Below, one piece after another: positions 26,867 through 58,061 of a stretch of DNA of 64,000 nt. The notes under the pieces are model-generated. The model was not told the origin of the DNA and did not search any database. It saw only the letters and a program-made list of their open reading frames with translations. The stretch covers positions 8,925,962-8,989,961 of the forward strand of contig CAVNZM010000007.1 in assembly GCA_963693365.1 (NCBI GenBank), in the 5' to 3' direction. Origin of the DNA: Amoebidium appalachense (taxonomy: Eukaryota > Protista > Ichthyosporea). A program made the translations under genes and the position numbers. Within the stretch, counting starts at the first letter, position 1. The number at the start of each line of letters is the position of its first letter.

Positions 26867-27541
26867 ATGAAGTTTGGGTTTCCACAATCAATGGGATCCC
26901 TCTCCCAAGGGTCTACGCAAGATACCTGTACCCACACCAAGGTAGCACAAGAAGAGGTAACCACTTCGAGCCTTCCCAAAGTGAAGCGCATCGTCAAGCT
27001 TGAAAAAGGACCAACACAGAGATTTGGTGCTAGTGTGTGCGGGCGAGGGAAATCCGTTTACGTCACCTGGGTAGTCACTGGAACCCCTGCTTTTCGCGCC
27101 GGGCTACAACCTGGCGACAAGATTGCGTGCGTAAACGGGTTCATGGTGGATGAGGCGTCTTGTGTGCAGAAGGCAAGAACTGTGCTGGACATGTTAACCT
27201 ACAGCGAGAAGCTCAAGGTGAAGATATGCGAGGCCCCACTCAGCAGTATCCATATAATCTCACTGGCCGGCACGACCATGCCCCGCCTTCCCATATTAAA
27301 CGGCGTAGTCCAGTTGGCAAGTGATACACCAGAAGCGGTTGCTTGGGCCAAGGCTGGGCTTAAACATAGCACGGTGGTGACGGCAATCAATGGCAAGGAT
27401 GTGATAGGATTGAGCGACTCAAAAGTCAGCCAGAAAATAGCCAGAAAGCTCAAGAAGTACAGAACGGTAGAGTTGACTTGTATTCCTGGTTGGCTGGGTG
27501 TTGAGTTGATCACGGAGAAAAAGCGCCGCTGCAATATGTAA
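26867..27541 (+). CDS. Syntenin-like tandem-PDZ protein, intronless
   Basis: PDZ1: RIVKLEKG...FGASV...VYVTWVVTGTPAFRAGLQPGDKIACVNG. Linker CEAP. PDZ2: AKAGLKHSTVVTAINGKDVIGLSDSKV...VELTCIP. This arrangement is typical of syntenin. Confidence 0.8.
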   Translation: MKFGFPQSMGSLSQGSTQDTCTHTKVAQEEVTTSSLPKVKRIVKLEKGPTQRFGASVCGRGKSVYVTWVVTGTPAFRAGLQPGDKIACVNGFMVDEASCVQKARTVLDMLTYSEKLKVKICEAPLSSIHIISLAGTTMPRLPILNGVVQLASDTPEAVAWAKAGLKHSTVVTAINGKDVIGLSDSKVSQKIARKLKKYRTVELTCIPGWLGVELITEKKRRCNM

Positions 27542-30500
27542 GGGTGATACGGCGGCCTAGATTAATCTGATATGCAGATGTGCACGGCTATTGTATAGCC
27601 CGAGACCTATTTTTTTGTACAGATGTGGCCACACAACTGCGCTGTGCGTGGATGATGAGGCACCAAGTTGTTAGATATTGTGAGCTGATAGGTCCATCAA
27701 GTTGTATGATATTTCATAAGTGCACTGTTATCTGCGCTCGATTCGTGAAGAACGAACTTTTCTGCAGAGACCAATGGGCTTCGCCTTTTGTAAAGTGTAG
27801 GCTTCTTCCTGTTAGTAATGTATACGAACACGTATGAGACGAGCATACGGCGCATAATGAACACCACAGTCGTCCAGGATAAACAAGCTTGCACATAATC
27901 TTCAAGACAATCGTATTTTGCTACCTACCAGGATGTCAAGGGTCCACTTCTCGTACTTACTGGGTGGACCTGGCCGAGTGTTTTCCACAATTAACCGTTA
28001 AGCCTCTCTGCCTCGTGGTTCGATGAAATCACCATCAAGATCAACTTCATCCCCCCTTCCCCTCCCCCCCTCCCCCCCCACCGGAAATGGATTGCTCTCC
28101 TCCCAGCTCCTCCCCCGCCCTCTTCCCTGCAGCTGGGTTGCCTACTTTGCCGCCCACCCCTCGGCCTGTGGCTCAGAAGTTCGCTGCACTCCTGCCTAGG
28201 TTCACCATATCATGATCCTTCGGGACACCGTTTTGTGCGTGCAACTACTGGGCATCCAGATCCTGGCGTGTGAGTTTTTTGATAGCCGTGTGTGCTTGCA
28301 CAACAGTTTGTGTACCGGTACCCGTGCATTTTAAAGTTGTGCCATTATCAGCGTTTCTGCGAACGTTGACAATACTAATGAATATACATACATGTGCTTG
28401 TGAGCAAGTAAAGGGACCGGAACGGATGCCGCTTATTTTCGGTCATTTCAGATCCCCTATCCCTGTCCCCGGTAGTTCAGAAACTTAAACCCAGTTTTGT
28501 TCGTCTTCCCTGACCTTGGAGCTTTTCGACGGTCGTGTGGAAGTGTGCTATCCTTCATCCAGAGCACACGCAAGGTACCCATCCTCATCCACGGAGACTA
28601 GACCCAGTGCCTCAGATCCGGGCAGTTCTCTCGCAACTCTTTGTATTCCTGGACAGCATACTGTCTGGTCCACTCCTAAATAGGCTGAACCCGTTTACGA
28701 TTTCTGACACCTAACTATCATGAAAATTCTTGAACAGCCTGATTATCTTGTTCATTTCGGCCATGATGAAACAGCTCTTGAGCAAGAAACAAGTTCCCAA
28801 GCTCCTATCTTACGTCCGAACCACGACTAGGTTGTAGGTTCGCCACCTCACCTCAGGTATGTCACGATGAGGCTGTTCCACGGAATTCTCACATCCTACA
28901 GTATTCCAATTAAATAAGGGGAAGACACTTTCAAAACACTGAAGTTGTTGTTTTTTCACAGGGAGTTGATCACAAGCACATGACCCGTGTATAAATGTAC
29001 AGGTTGGTTATGTACATGCAGGCCTCATGCACACCACAAGTAACAACCTGAGCCTGCAAAAAAAAAACATGCATATATGAAGACTCCTTTTCCTGCACAG
29101 CGCGGCTCAGCGGCGGCTAGGTGACGTCACCAGTGACGACATCAGTGGGCTGCACGCTTGCTATTGGTGGATCTAAAGCAACCAGCCACCACAGCATTTT
29201 ATGATTGGCTCAGAGAGCACCACTTTAGATCGTACGTCTCACAGCCTGATAGGCTTGCTGAGTGACTGCCTGAGTCGTGCTGACGGAAAGTTTTTCGCTA
29301 ATGTTGGCTCTTTGACTGAGTGAAGTTGTGTTGTTTTTGGCAGGAGAAGCATTAGGAAACATTGAGCTCTGTAGTGTACGTGCACCTAAACTGTTTAGAA
29401 GGACGAAAGATCTCGAATGATACGGCGTTCCGAAAGATCTGCCCCGGAGTGTTGTAGGCACATTAACAGATCGCTGGTCCGCACAAAATCACTGCCACAG
29501 TTTTTGTGATAGCAAACTACAGTGGTAAATGCTACAGCACGTAAGCACAAAATAGTGACCAATTTTTTCCCATTACGGTCACGCTTTAAATCTATCGAGC
29601 CTGAAAGTAACTGCCCTTTTTGTTGTAACCATTGCTTGTTATCCATGGATGCATCAACTTGCTACGGTCCTTGGATCTAGAACAACGGGGGGGCAAAAAC
29701 TCAAACTTTGAATACACTATAGAGTTGAAAAAATGGCTAAGAATTCCGATCCTTTCCCTGATTTAAGTGACTTTATCTCGACATTGGAGAGTCATCGTGT
29801 TGCTGGCGGCAATTCAGGAGCTGACTGCCCCGATAGGTGAGTGGTCAGACTTAGGCCCAGTTGTTTACGCTCTCATATGGCACATGTGCAGTGCGCATTT
29901 GGGATTTCGCTATTTTCTTGGGGAAATAGGGAGATTTATACTTCAGCATAGTTGTTTCTATTTTTGAAAAAACCACTTACCTATTCTATATTGCGTGCCA
30001 ATTACGTGGATGCAAGGACACACCTGGAAGATGGTGTTGTCTGTGTGCAATTGTGGTTGGATGTCCACATTCAAAAGACTGTGTCATATAGACGCAGTTA
30101 TAAAAATGACATGTTAACCTGTTCTCTGATATATACTGTTTTTGTCGCTTACGAGAGCATGGTGGATGATCTAGGCTTTTGAATTTCCAAGTACTCTGAT
30201 CTTGAAGACCCTTGAATATCTTGGAATTGCTTCAGTAACTGCTAAAGACATGCCTTGTTCAGTGTTGTTGGTTACGTGCCCGCAATCTATGTTGTTTATT
30301 TCCCCTTCCCCGCCCTCTCCTCCCCCTCCCCCCCCTCCCCCCCCCCCCCCCCCCCCCCACACCACACACACACACACACTCCCCTCCACCTCCTTCCCCT
30401 ACCCCATTCGCGGTTAGACAGACACAGGCACGGGGCACGGACGCGCACGCGTACGCACACACACACACACACACACACAACACAAACACACACTCACATA

Positions 30501-30700
30501 CGTATCGCACGCACGCACACACACCTATACATACAATATGCACACTATCACGCGCACGCACACATGCGCAGATACCACACACCACCACCCTACCTATTTC
30601 TTTGTTGACGCTTAATTAGTGAATCTGCATGTATTCGATGTTATGAATATACCTATGTTGGGGAGTGGGGCCGGGGGTGTCGGAGGGGCCGGGGGAGGAG

Positions 30701-30740
<40 letters not shown>

Positions 30741-31207
30741 ATACACTTCTTAAAAAAATTTATTTTTATTGTGTTTTTTTTTTTTGGGGGGGGGGGGGGG
30801 ATTTGACTCTAGGGGAGACGGGGTCAGGGAGGGGGGGCCTAGAAGTACGGAGATCATTTAGAGTTGATAATGGAAGCTAGCACACCAACGGCTTTTTCTT
30901 TGCCAATCATCAACATTTATGGCTCATTCAACCTCCCTCCTCCCCCCCCCTCCCCCCCCCCCCCCCCCCCCCCCCCCCTGGCCCGCACCTACACACAAAC
31001 ACACAACCACACAGCCCTATCAATAGCCCCAAAAGAGCAAAAACTTTTGCGGGACTCTCTAGAAAGCCGAGCAAGCTTGGCCAATCAAATGGAACGGGAT
31101 CCAGCCTATACAAGGCAGCCCCCCTGTCTAGTGTGTGTGCCGAGGAACAAACACTGCCACCAACCATCACTAGAACAAACTCGCTAAAACATACATTCTC
31201 AACGTCT

Positions 31208-32534
31208 ATGGCGAAAATGGCGTCGTTGCCGGGAACGGAATACGCGAGAAAGAACACCGGAAACGGTTTTTCGAGAAAAAACACCGGTGCGGACTCCACA
31301 GCTGGTACGGATGGATACGATAGCAACTCGTTAGACTCCGATCCAACAGAGAAAACGGGATATTACGGTAAAAATGCCTGCGGTCAGCCGTCTGGTTTGT
31401 CACATGCGGCAGGGGAGATATTGCTCACACATAGCCACCTCCACACACGTGCGTCCGAGCACACATGGGAAATGGGTAAGGTACAGACACATGACGTCAT
31501 CGTGATGGGGGTGCCTGCCCAGCTTACTGCTGATCTCGTGGTGCAGTATGTGGGTGAGTGCCCCCGTGTTTTTTGGATTTCCTTTGATAGGAGCAGCGGA
31601 TGTGGGTGAAGAATAAAAGGGAAAAAGGTTGGGGGAGAGAAAGAGGGGTTGTGATTAGGGAGTGAATGAGGAAAGGTGTGGGGATGGGGGGCAGAGGAGG
31701 GTTGTGGGGGTTTTTTTGCCTTTTTTTTTTTTTTCGGGGGAGGGGGGGTGATGGGGAAACTGGGGAAACTGGGGAAGGTAATCGTGCGGCGAGGTTGGGA
31801 AGGGGAGATATAGGAGGTGATTTTTGAAGCAGTTGAGAGTGGTTGTGCCGCTAACTTATGTTTTGTGTTTGGCAAAAAGGTCGTGTGATGGCAGCCAAGC
31901 GTGAAGATGTGCTAGACCCGCAGGGCCTAGTGGTCATGCAGAGATACACAAAGCCCCTCGTGTTGACTAGAGAGAATGACCAGGTGGGTGGCTACGGTGT
32001 GCTTGCTGGGGCCATTTGAGGGGGAGAGGAGGGAGGAGCGGGGGGGGGGGGGGGGGGGGGGGGGGAGGGGGGGGGGGGGGGGGCAAGTTGTGAATGGGGT
32101 GCTTGTGTGGTTAGTATGTGGCATGTTGTATAAGGGAGTGGGGTGCAGGGTTTTGTCTCTTGGAAATCGCAATATTTCACTTTACTGGTTACCTCTTAGG
32201 CATTATAATTTACCCCCCCCCCCCCCCCCCCCCCCCCCCCACCCCCACCCCTCCCCCCCTCGCTTCTCCCCCTGTTCTGAACTCTCTCTACCCCCCCCCC
32301 CCCCCTCCTCCCGCCCTTTAATCTACTAAGGTGGACAACAGCAAACAAGCGGATGAATGCATTTGATCAATTCCTTCCCCCCCTCCCTCCTCCCCCCCGC
32401 CCCCCAAAAAACCAAAAAAAAAAAAAAAGCATCACCACCACCACCACCACTACCTTTGCACCATACAGACACACTAGCGCACACCCCACACCCAGCCCAA
32501 TGCCCCATTATATTCCTCACATCCCCTGCTAGGC

Positions 32535-32614
<80 letters not shown>

Positions 32615-33400
32615 TCTCTCTCTATATATATATCCTCTCCTCTCCCTCTCTCTATCCCTCCCCTCCGCCTCCCCCCCCCCCGAGGTACCACCACACACGC
32701 ACCACGTACCATTCTCACCATGTGTTTTTCGTTTACAGAGCACACAAGCCGTTGAGGTTGTAGTCTGGCACGTGCCCAACCCCCTAGACACAGACCAGTG
32801 GGGCAGGGTTGCAGCAAGAAGCAATGCACAACACCTATTGCTGTGTTTTGAGGCCGGAGATATTCCGAGCTTGAGAAGGGCTGTTGCTCAGTGGCAGCAG
32901 GCAGGCACCCACCTGTCTAGATGTAGTGTGATGTTGGTGGGGTTGGTGCCTGTGGGTGGGGAGGTGCCTGAGAGCACACAGGAGTGGGTGAGGTTGGTGG
33001 ATGCAGCTATGACAGTGACAAAGGTGGGTGGCTGGGGGGGGGGGGGGGGGGGGGTATGACATGCTCTGCTGGGGGGGGGGGGGGGGGGGATATGACATGC
33101 TCTGCTGTGGGGGGGGGGGGGGGGGGGGACTAGTAAGAAGGGAGTGTGTGTGTGTGGGGGGGGGGGGGGGGGGGGGGGGGGTATAGGCGTGTGTGCATGC
33201 ATGTTGGGGCCTATGTTTGTTTGATTTCCGGCAGTATTCAGGTGGCTGGGCAGAAGCACACGCCATGTAGATATGACCGGTAGTTGTGGAATAGAGGGTT
33301 TGTGTGTGTTCGGGGCGGGGGACGGGGGGAAGAGGGTGGGGGGGGCGGGGGGAAGGGGGGGGGGGGCAAGGGATCGAGGAAGAGTGAGAGTGGTGGTGGT

Positions 33401-33437
<37 letters not shown>

Positions 33438-33928
33438 GGGGGGGGGGGGGGGGGAAAGGGAGGACCGTGCCCAGGGAAGTGTGAGGAGACTGTCGGACAC
33501 TGAGTTTCGAAGATAATATGACAGGAGTGGAAAGAACGGGGGAGCCTGAGGGAGGGTGGGGGGAGGGGGTGGGGGGAGCAACGAGGAAAGGGAGGGGAAG
33601 GGAGGGGGGGAGGAGGAGGGGGGGGGGCGGAAGGGGTGAGGGAAGGGGGGCGGGGGAGGGGGGAAGGAGGATAGAGGGATGCAAGTTGAAAGAGTACACA
33701 TGTCGGTTTCTGACACCAATATGTGCGGGTTAACTCATTCAGGCATGGGATTACGTGGAGGGTGAGTTCAACACACCAGCTGAACCTTTCACTGCGGCAC
33801 TTTTTGGACAAAGGAACAAACAGCAGCTGGCAAAAAAGACAAGCAGAGATATGGGGAATGGACTGAAGAGGGTTTTGTCAGAGTTGAAACGTGATCTGAC
33901 GGAGCAATTGTTGATGAAAAGATCGTGA
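31208..33928 (+). CDS. Ras-superfamily (Rho/Rab-like) fold protein with degenerate G motifs (pseudo-GTPase), 5 exons
   Basis: Phase-consistent exons 31208-31553, 31880-31983, 32739-33023, 33743-33761 and 33824-33928 give DVIVMGVPAQLTADLV...YTKPLVL...VEVVVWHVP...AQHLLLCFEAGDIPSLRRAVAQW...SVMLVGL...YVEAAGKK...GNGLKRVLSEL. The start codon and last intron are less certain. Confidence 0.7.
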
Positions 33929-34822
33929 TGTGGGTGTGCACATGCATGTATGATGTAGGAATGTGCACGTGTTTTTAAGAAGTTTTAAGATGCAGGATAA
34001 GGGGGGGCAGATGTGTTAATGGGTTATTGGGCATGTGGATGATTTCTGCTGAGTCAATCTCAAGAAGGAGAAGTTGTATAAGCAAAAGAGAAGCGAGCGG
34101 CGCTTTAGTAAAAGAATAATTCCAAATTGATGATTGCAATCATCGTAATCCATAAGCTCAAGCTTGTGAACGTGGCGTATGATTAGCCTGCGCGGCGCAA
34201 ATATTAATAGGCAAATTAACGAAATAATGGTTATGCATGCGATTCATGTGAGTTTTTGATTGATGACGTATGGGGTGTACAGGTAGACTTGGTCCTGTGT
34301 GAATGTCCACAAAAAGACATGGTTGGCAGTTTTTGTGTGTGTGGTGGGGGGGGAGGGAGAAGGGGGGGGGGAGGGGGGGGGGGGGGGGGGGGGGCATGGG
34401 TGGGTAGGCGGGCGGGTGGGGGGACACGTAGCAATATCTAAGAACAAGACCCGGGATGATTCAAAAAAAGGTGAATTATGAGCGGAATACTCGGTTCTCA
34501 ACAAGATATGTCTGGGGAAATGGACATAATAAATCGTACGCTCTCACACGTACATGATGCACTGGCGGAAAGAGGCGTGCTGTGCTCTTTCCCCCCCCCC
34601 CCCCCCCCCCCCCCCCACCACACACACACACACACACACACACACCCCGCTAACGTTGTTAATCAAACTTGGCCTTGTCGCTAAGAAAAGCAACAATCAC
34701 GTATACACCTGTAGGGGCACCTACAGACACCCATCTATTAAAGTTTGCATGTGTGAATGTGCGCAACTTGCAAACCCTGAGCATCCCCGGTCATCGTGAA
34801 TTCGAAACGGTTCCATAGGCAG

Positions 34823-34860
<38 letters not shown>

Positions 34861-34912
34861 ACCCACCCCCCTGCACGGCCCCCGGGAGCTCCCCCTTCCT
34901 CGAGATCTTTCT

Positions 34913-34948
<36 letters not shown>

Positions 34949-36017
34949 TTTAAAAACGATCCCCTTTAAAAAACGATTCAAAAAACGGACACTGGAGAAA
35001 GGAAAAGGAAAAAAGAAAGAAGGCAAGAAAGCCTTTGAAACACACAAAAAAAGGTCTCAGGAAGAAAATATATGCTATTTTAGAGTCAGATCTAAGCCGC
35101 CAGTCACGCACTGAATCCACTGTGGCCAGTCATGATGATGGCTGTGTTCCGTGCGTGTTTGTCTTTGCCAATGTGTCACGTGCATTCAGTTTTCACATAT
35201 ATCCCCCCCCCCCCCCCCCCCCCCACTTTTTTTTTTTTTTTTTTTTTTTTTTTGCCATTCTGTTTCTTCTTGTTTCCGTTCTTACCGAGTCCCTTTGTTT
35301 CCATTCTTCTTTTTTTTTTTTTTGTCGCTACGGGGGATCTGCGGTGGCGGGTGTGGGGGTGTGGTGATTGGGGGGGGGGGGGGGGGGGGGGAGGAGAGGG
35401 GCGGTTGGTGTGGGATGGGAGCCGGTGGAAATGTATCTCCGAATTAGGGCATACACTAATTTTATTAAATATTTTCATGTAACCCTCATGTTCCTAATAG
35501 GACGATCGACAAAACTACTGCACGTATGCATGAACCAATTCGTGCATCCCCCCCCCCCCCCCCCCCCCCACCCGATCGTCAAGCCAAAAGAAAACAATCA
35601 CAAACACACCACTAAATCTACATAGGAACTATATCCAAACAATATGAATAATTCATCGAATCATCACACTCATTCACACATTCGCAAATGTTATATTGTC
35701 TGTGTGTGCCTCGAACATAGATACCAACTCGTGCACTCAACATAGGTCAACCCTTTCCCCGATTTCACGCACCTAGGAAAACAACAGGATACAAAAGAAA
35801 AAGAAAATAAAATAAAAGAAAAATGAAGGGAGGGAAATGCAATAAATCGGAGAATAAGATAAATCGCGCTAAAATTTTGAATTGAGGCAAAGGACTCGAC
35901 ATAGGCAACGTAAGCTACACCCCTGCCATCCCCTTTATAATCATCCATTCCATGCCTATTGCCTATTTAAATGAATTAAAACAAAACACTAAATGATATA
36001 TATAAAATCATGACTGG

Positions 36018-43716
<7,699 letters not shown>

Positions 43717-46700
43717 CGTGGGCCAAAAACCTACGCCAAAGCCTTATTCAAAATTTGTAAATGATGGCAATATGCCTTTTTTTTTAAGGCTCTGTGTAAT
43801 TTCAGTGTCGGGTTATGTGACCTGCACCTTAAAATATTTACTGGCAGGGAAGCAAGAAACGGAGACTCGATAATGCTCAGAGCTACACTGCAGTCGGCAT
43901 GAAACGTAGATCTCAAACCATGTCTTCTGACGGCGTAGGTGGAAGCCACAGTCCCTTTTGCGTGGCTTTGGGCACTTTCGGTGCCGTGCCAATGAACAGA
44001 AATAAATTCAGTCAGTACCTTACCCATAAAACGATAAGTGCACAACACCCTACCCAGACCCAATAGCCTACCTACAAAGTGTGCACATTTGCTGGCTAAT
44101 AAATAGCCGAACTCGCGTTTTCCCCAAATATCGTCGTTTTGCTAGGCAGCCACCTATCTCCTGGTTCCACCGAATTTGCTTTCCAATCACTGCCAATGCT
44201 AGTGCTTATCTTCTTAATACAGCCATGACAATTCCGTCACACAGAGTCCGGGTGGTCGGACAAACCGGGACACCCAGCGCGGCCCGTTGTGGCCAAAAGT
44301 TTGCAGTACGGTGGCGCCCCGGAGCCAAATTAGGTGATAAGCTGACGTCATGAAACCTTCAAGAGTTAGGAAAAGGATGTAAAAAAAAGTATCAAGAGTA
44401 ATTGCTATAGACTATGAAATGCATTGGTGCGCGATCAGCCAATCATTCGATGCGCTTTTTGGTGATCACGGGTCATGCGGCATGATCGCAGAGCAGATGC
44501 TTCGCAAGCTCTATTTAGAGACTAGCCAATTCTCGGTTCTGCGTGCCCCCTGGCGGAAGACCAATGCACCCCTATCTTACATCAGATACCCTTACTTGTG
44601 CCATCCCTGGCGGGGGCACGCCTTACGGGTCTGAAGCCTTTGGCACGCACACACACACGCACAAACACCTGTAAACAGTCACACAGTGACAGTGGCATAA
44701 CGCATGAACGTTCACATACACATCACAAACACGCGCACGTCATGTACACTTGCACGCACCACGCATACATGTGCACAAACACACACACACAAACAGGTTA
44801 GTCTTCATGCAACTCACAACAGAGGGCCAAGCAACCGACGCGCACTAGCTGCTGCTGTTTATGTACGTACGTCATAGTGTTGCTCCGAGAAAACTTCTGT
44901 TTTGTACACGTCTGTTTGTTTCCGTAGCTACACTGCAGCTGCGGAAAAGGTGTGTTATTATTATATTCTGCCTTTTTTAGTGAAAAGTTCGTGCGTACTT
45001 ACGCTTTCGTAAGCATTACCAATGATATTGCTATGCAAAGCGGCCTTTTCCAAGGCACCCATGGTGCTCACACATTTACTTTCAGAAGAGAAGACGTAAG
45101 CGGTCTGAACTATGAATGTTTTTTTTTTCTGAATGATGATCAGAAGCATTGGAACAACGCGTTGAACTTCTCAAGCTTGTATGCAAGTACAGAACGTAGC
45201 TTGACCAAACAACTCGTTTAGAACACAAGGTGAGGGTGCGGTTGGAAGGCAGAGTTGCGGGGACCTTTGAGCGGGAAGAATTACTGCGTTTGTGTTCTGA
45301 AAACAGTCTCATTGAGGAAAGATCCGAACTTGAGAATCTGCACACAATCGCTGATTCTTTTTGGGAAGAGGGACTTCAACAGTACCTTTCCACTGTAATC
45401 GCGCGACCAATGGTGCAAGTCGAAGTACTTCCAAATGTACAGGAAAACGGAGGGAATGGTAGGAAGGCAAGCACTGGCTTTATAGACGCACTTGCGCGTG
45501 ACGTACAGATTCTGAACAACAAAATAGCAGTTTGGAAAGAAGTCAGTACCGGAAATCTAAGGCTTCGGTTCCACACGAAGGATTCTCCGCTTTGGCCACA
45601 AAATGGACTTCCCGTAGTATGCCTGCACTGTAATCGGATTTTGCGACTGTTTGGGCTTTTTGGTACCATGGATATCCTGCAAACTTGTATTTCTTTGTCT
45701 TCATTTCATACGTCGTATTTGTGGTCTTGTCTCGTAGTTTTTCCTTTTCATGTTGCAAAAGATACCAACATCCAGGGATGCTCATCTTTTTTCCCTCCTT
45801 GCCTCTTCTACTTGTGTCCTGCAGCACCAACTTCCATTGGCATATACATCATTTATGTGCCATACTGAGTCTCTTAGCTTCAGGCACTTTTGTAACACAT
45901 AAAGGATATACTAGACATTATCACCAATATGTTTTCATGTACTAGTGGTCATGTGGACCAACCAACAAACGGAATTTTCATAGATTTAGGCAACGGGGAG
46001 CTTATGCATGCCGTACAGGCAGAGCCTCAGTATATCAAAAGCACGCTCAATCTGGGGTGACAGGTCTATTAAGCTGTCAGTTGCCAAATAAAGCTATTCA
46101 CATCTCTAATACCATTGGAACAGAACGCATCTCAAAACTAACCATGTTTGGCGCAAATAACTCTAATACTATTGGTTGATAATTGTCATAGATGACAATA
46201 TGACATAGCCTACTCAGTGAGTCAGTCTGCACGTGCACATGGGTGTACGTGTGGTGTGTCTGTGTGTGTGCGCGCGCGTGTGAATAGACAAGCGCTATAG
46301 TATTCGGAAATCTTCACACACGCCCCGTACCGTGTTCGCAGTTACGAGACAAATACCCAGTTACGTAGTGCATGTGGCTGCTTGTGGTGTAAAACACACG
46401 CCAACTAGGGATCTATCGATAGGTCTCCCACCAGGCGAAACCAACAAGGGCTTTTCCCGGCCCTTCCGAGGATCCGTGCATGGTCACTAGCGCACTCAGC
46501 TGCCTTAGAAAGGTCTTTGTCTAATTTTTGCTTTTTTTTTTTGTTTGGGGGGGGGGGGGGGGGGGGGGGGTCTTTTCTTTGGGTTTTGTCCCCCCGTCCT
46601 CATAACCGTCCGTTATTTGAAAGTTGACACACGTTTAGAGGAGAAGCTTTGAATTCAAGCCTGGGATATGAGGTATATTGTGTGGTAAAAATCAGAACAG

Positions 46701-46860
46701 AGTGGTGCATTGGGTCGCTTCTGTGTCATCCCTGAAACGGAGGGGAGGCGGGGGGGGGGGGGGGGGGGGGGAGAGGAGGGGGGGGGGGGGGGGGGGGGGG
46801 GGGGAGGGGCTCGGCTTGGGTTCCTTAGCCCTGTACATCAATGAGTTATATTTTTCCTAA

Positions 46861-56755
<9,895 letters not shown>

Positions 56756-57142
56756 TTTTAGTTTTTAAACTGTGTATAGCTGGTTTATTTCCATATTTTG
56801 AAAATTAGAAATGGAAGCCGGAGTTGAAGCTGAAGGGGGTGGGGTGGGGTGGGGAGGAGGAGGAGGGGGGGGGGGGGGGGGGGGGGGGGGGAGGGGGTTC
56901 CGAATGGGTGGCTGGCATGCGGTGGGCTGAATGTGTTTGTCTGGTTGTTTGGTTTGTCGAAAGGGGATATCATTTTGAACTTGTTTGTATAGGTTTGTGA
57001 ATGTTAGTAATAATTCGATAGGAGTGGCTGTGTAGGACCTGGTCCAGATACGTGGGACTAATGGCGAGATGAAGAAATTTTCGATTCGCCGTGTGTGTTT
57101 TTTTTTTTTTTTTTTTTTTTTTCCCCAAAGAGACGGAGATGG

Positions 57143-57194
<52 letters not shown>

Positions 57195-57461
57195 GGCAAC
57201 ACCAATGCTTATGGCCTGTGGGACGACAGTTGTTCATTACTAGAAGCAACGTACGGGGTTGATGGTATGAATGTCCAATGCACGTACGTACTATGGTGCA
57301 GAGAGTTTTTTTCTCCCCCCCCCCCATGCCACAGTGTACCAGGGTAATAAATGGTACACACACGCCCATGTGTCCGTCCTTGAACACAAACGGTGTTGTG
57401 CTGTAGTGGTGGTGGTGATGTTTGGCTCCCCCCCCCCCCCCCCCCCCCCCCCAAAACACAC

Positions 57462-57650
57462 ACACCCACACAAACAGTGCAAACTCCCGTCTATCCCAAT
57501 CCCCCCCCCCCCCCCCCCTCCCCCAACACCCACACCCACACAAACAGTGCAAACTCCCGTCTATCCCAATCCCCCCCCCCCCCCCCCCCCCCCTCCCCCA
57601 ACACACACACCCACACAAACAGTGCAAACTCCCGTCTATCCCAATCTCCC
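57462..57650. repeat. Three-copy tandem repeat (~70 bp) with variable poly-C
   Basis: CACACCCACACAAACAGTGCAAACTCCCGTCTATCCCAATC occurs three times. Confidence 0.9.
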
Positions 57651-57731
57651 CCCCCTCCCCCCCCCCCCCCCTTCCCCCGGGCCCGCCAAAAAAAAAAAAA
57701 AGAAAAAAAAAACGAAAAGAAACACTCACAT

Positions 57732-57770
<39 letters not shown>

Positions 57771-57925
57771 GTCACGTGAGCAACCATGCCCAACATGTGA
57801 AGCACAACCGTCTAGTTGACGTCCATTTTTTTTTTCACTCAGCACATCCGCCCGTGCTTAACACCCGCTAGTAGACTTGCAGTGAAGTCGTGCAGGTACA
57901 TGTACATGCCATGGTGGTTTGGGGC

Positions 57926-57956
<31 letters not shown>

Positions 57957-58061
57957 GTGGTGGTGGTTGGGGGGGGGAGGGGGGGGAGGGGGGGGGGGAG
58001 GGGGGGGTTTGAATATTTAATTAATGCGTCAAAAGTACGAAGTACACAAGAACAAACGGAT

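Noticed and set aside
28080-28830. Possible spliced gene fragment
   Set aside because: Frames are interrupted by stops and no family is recognisable.
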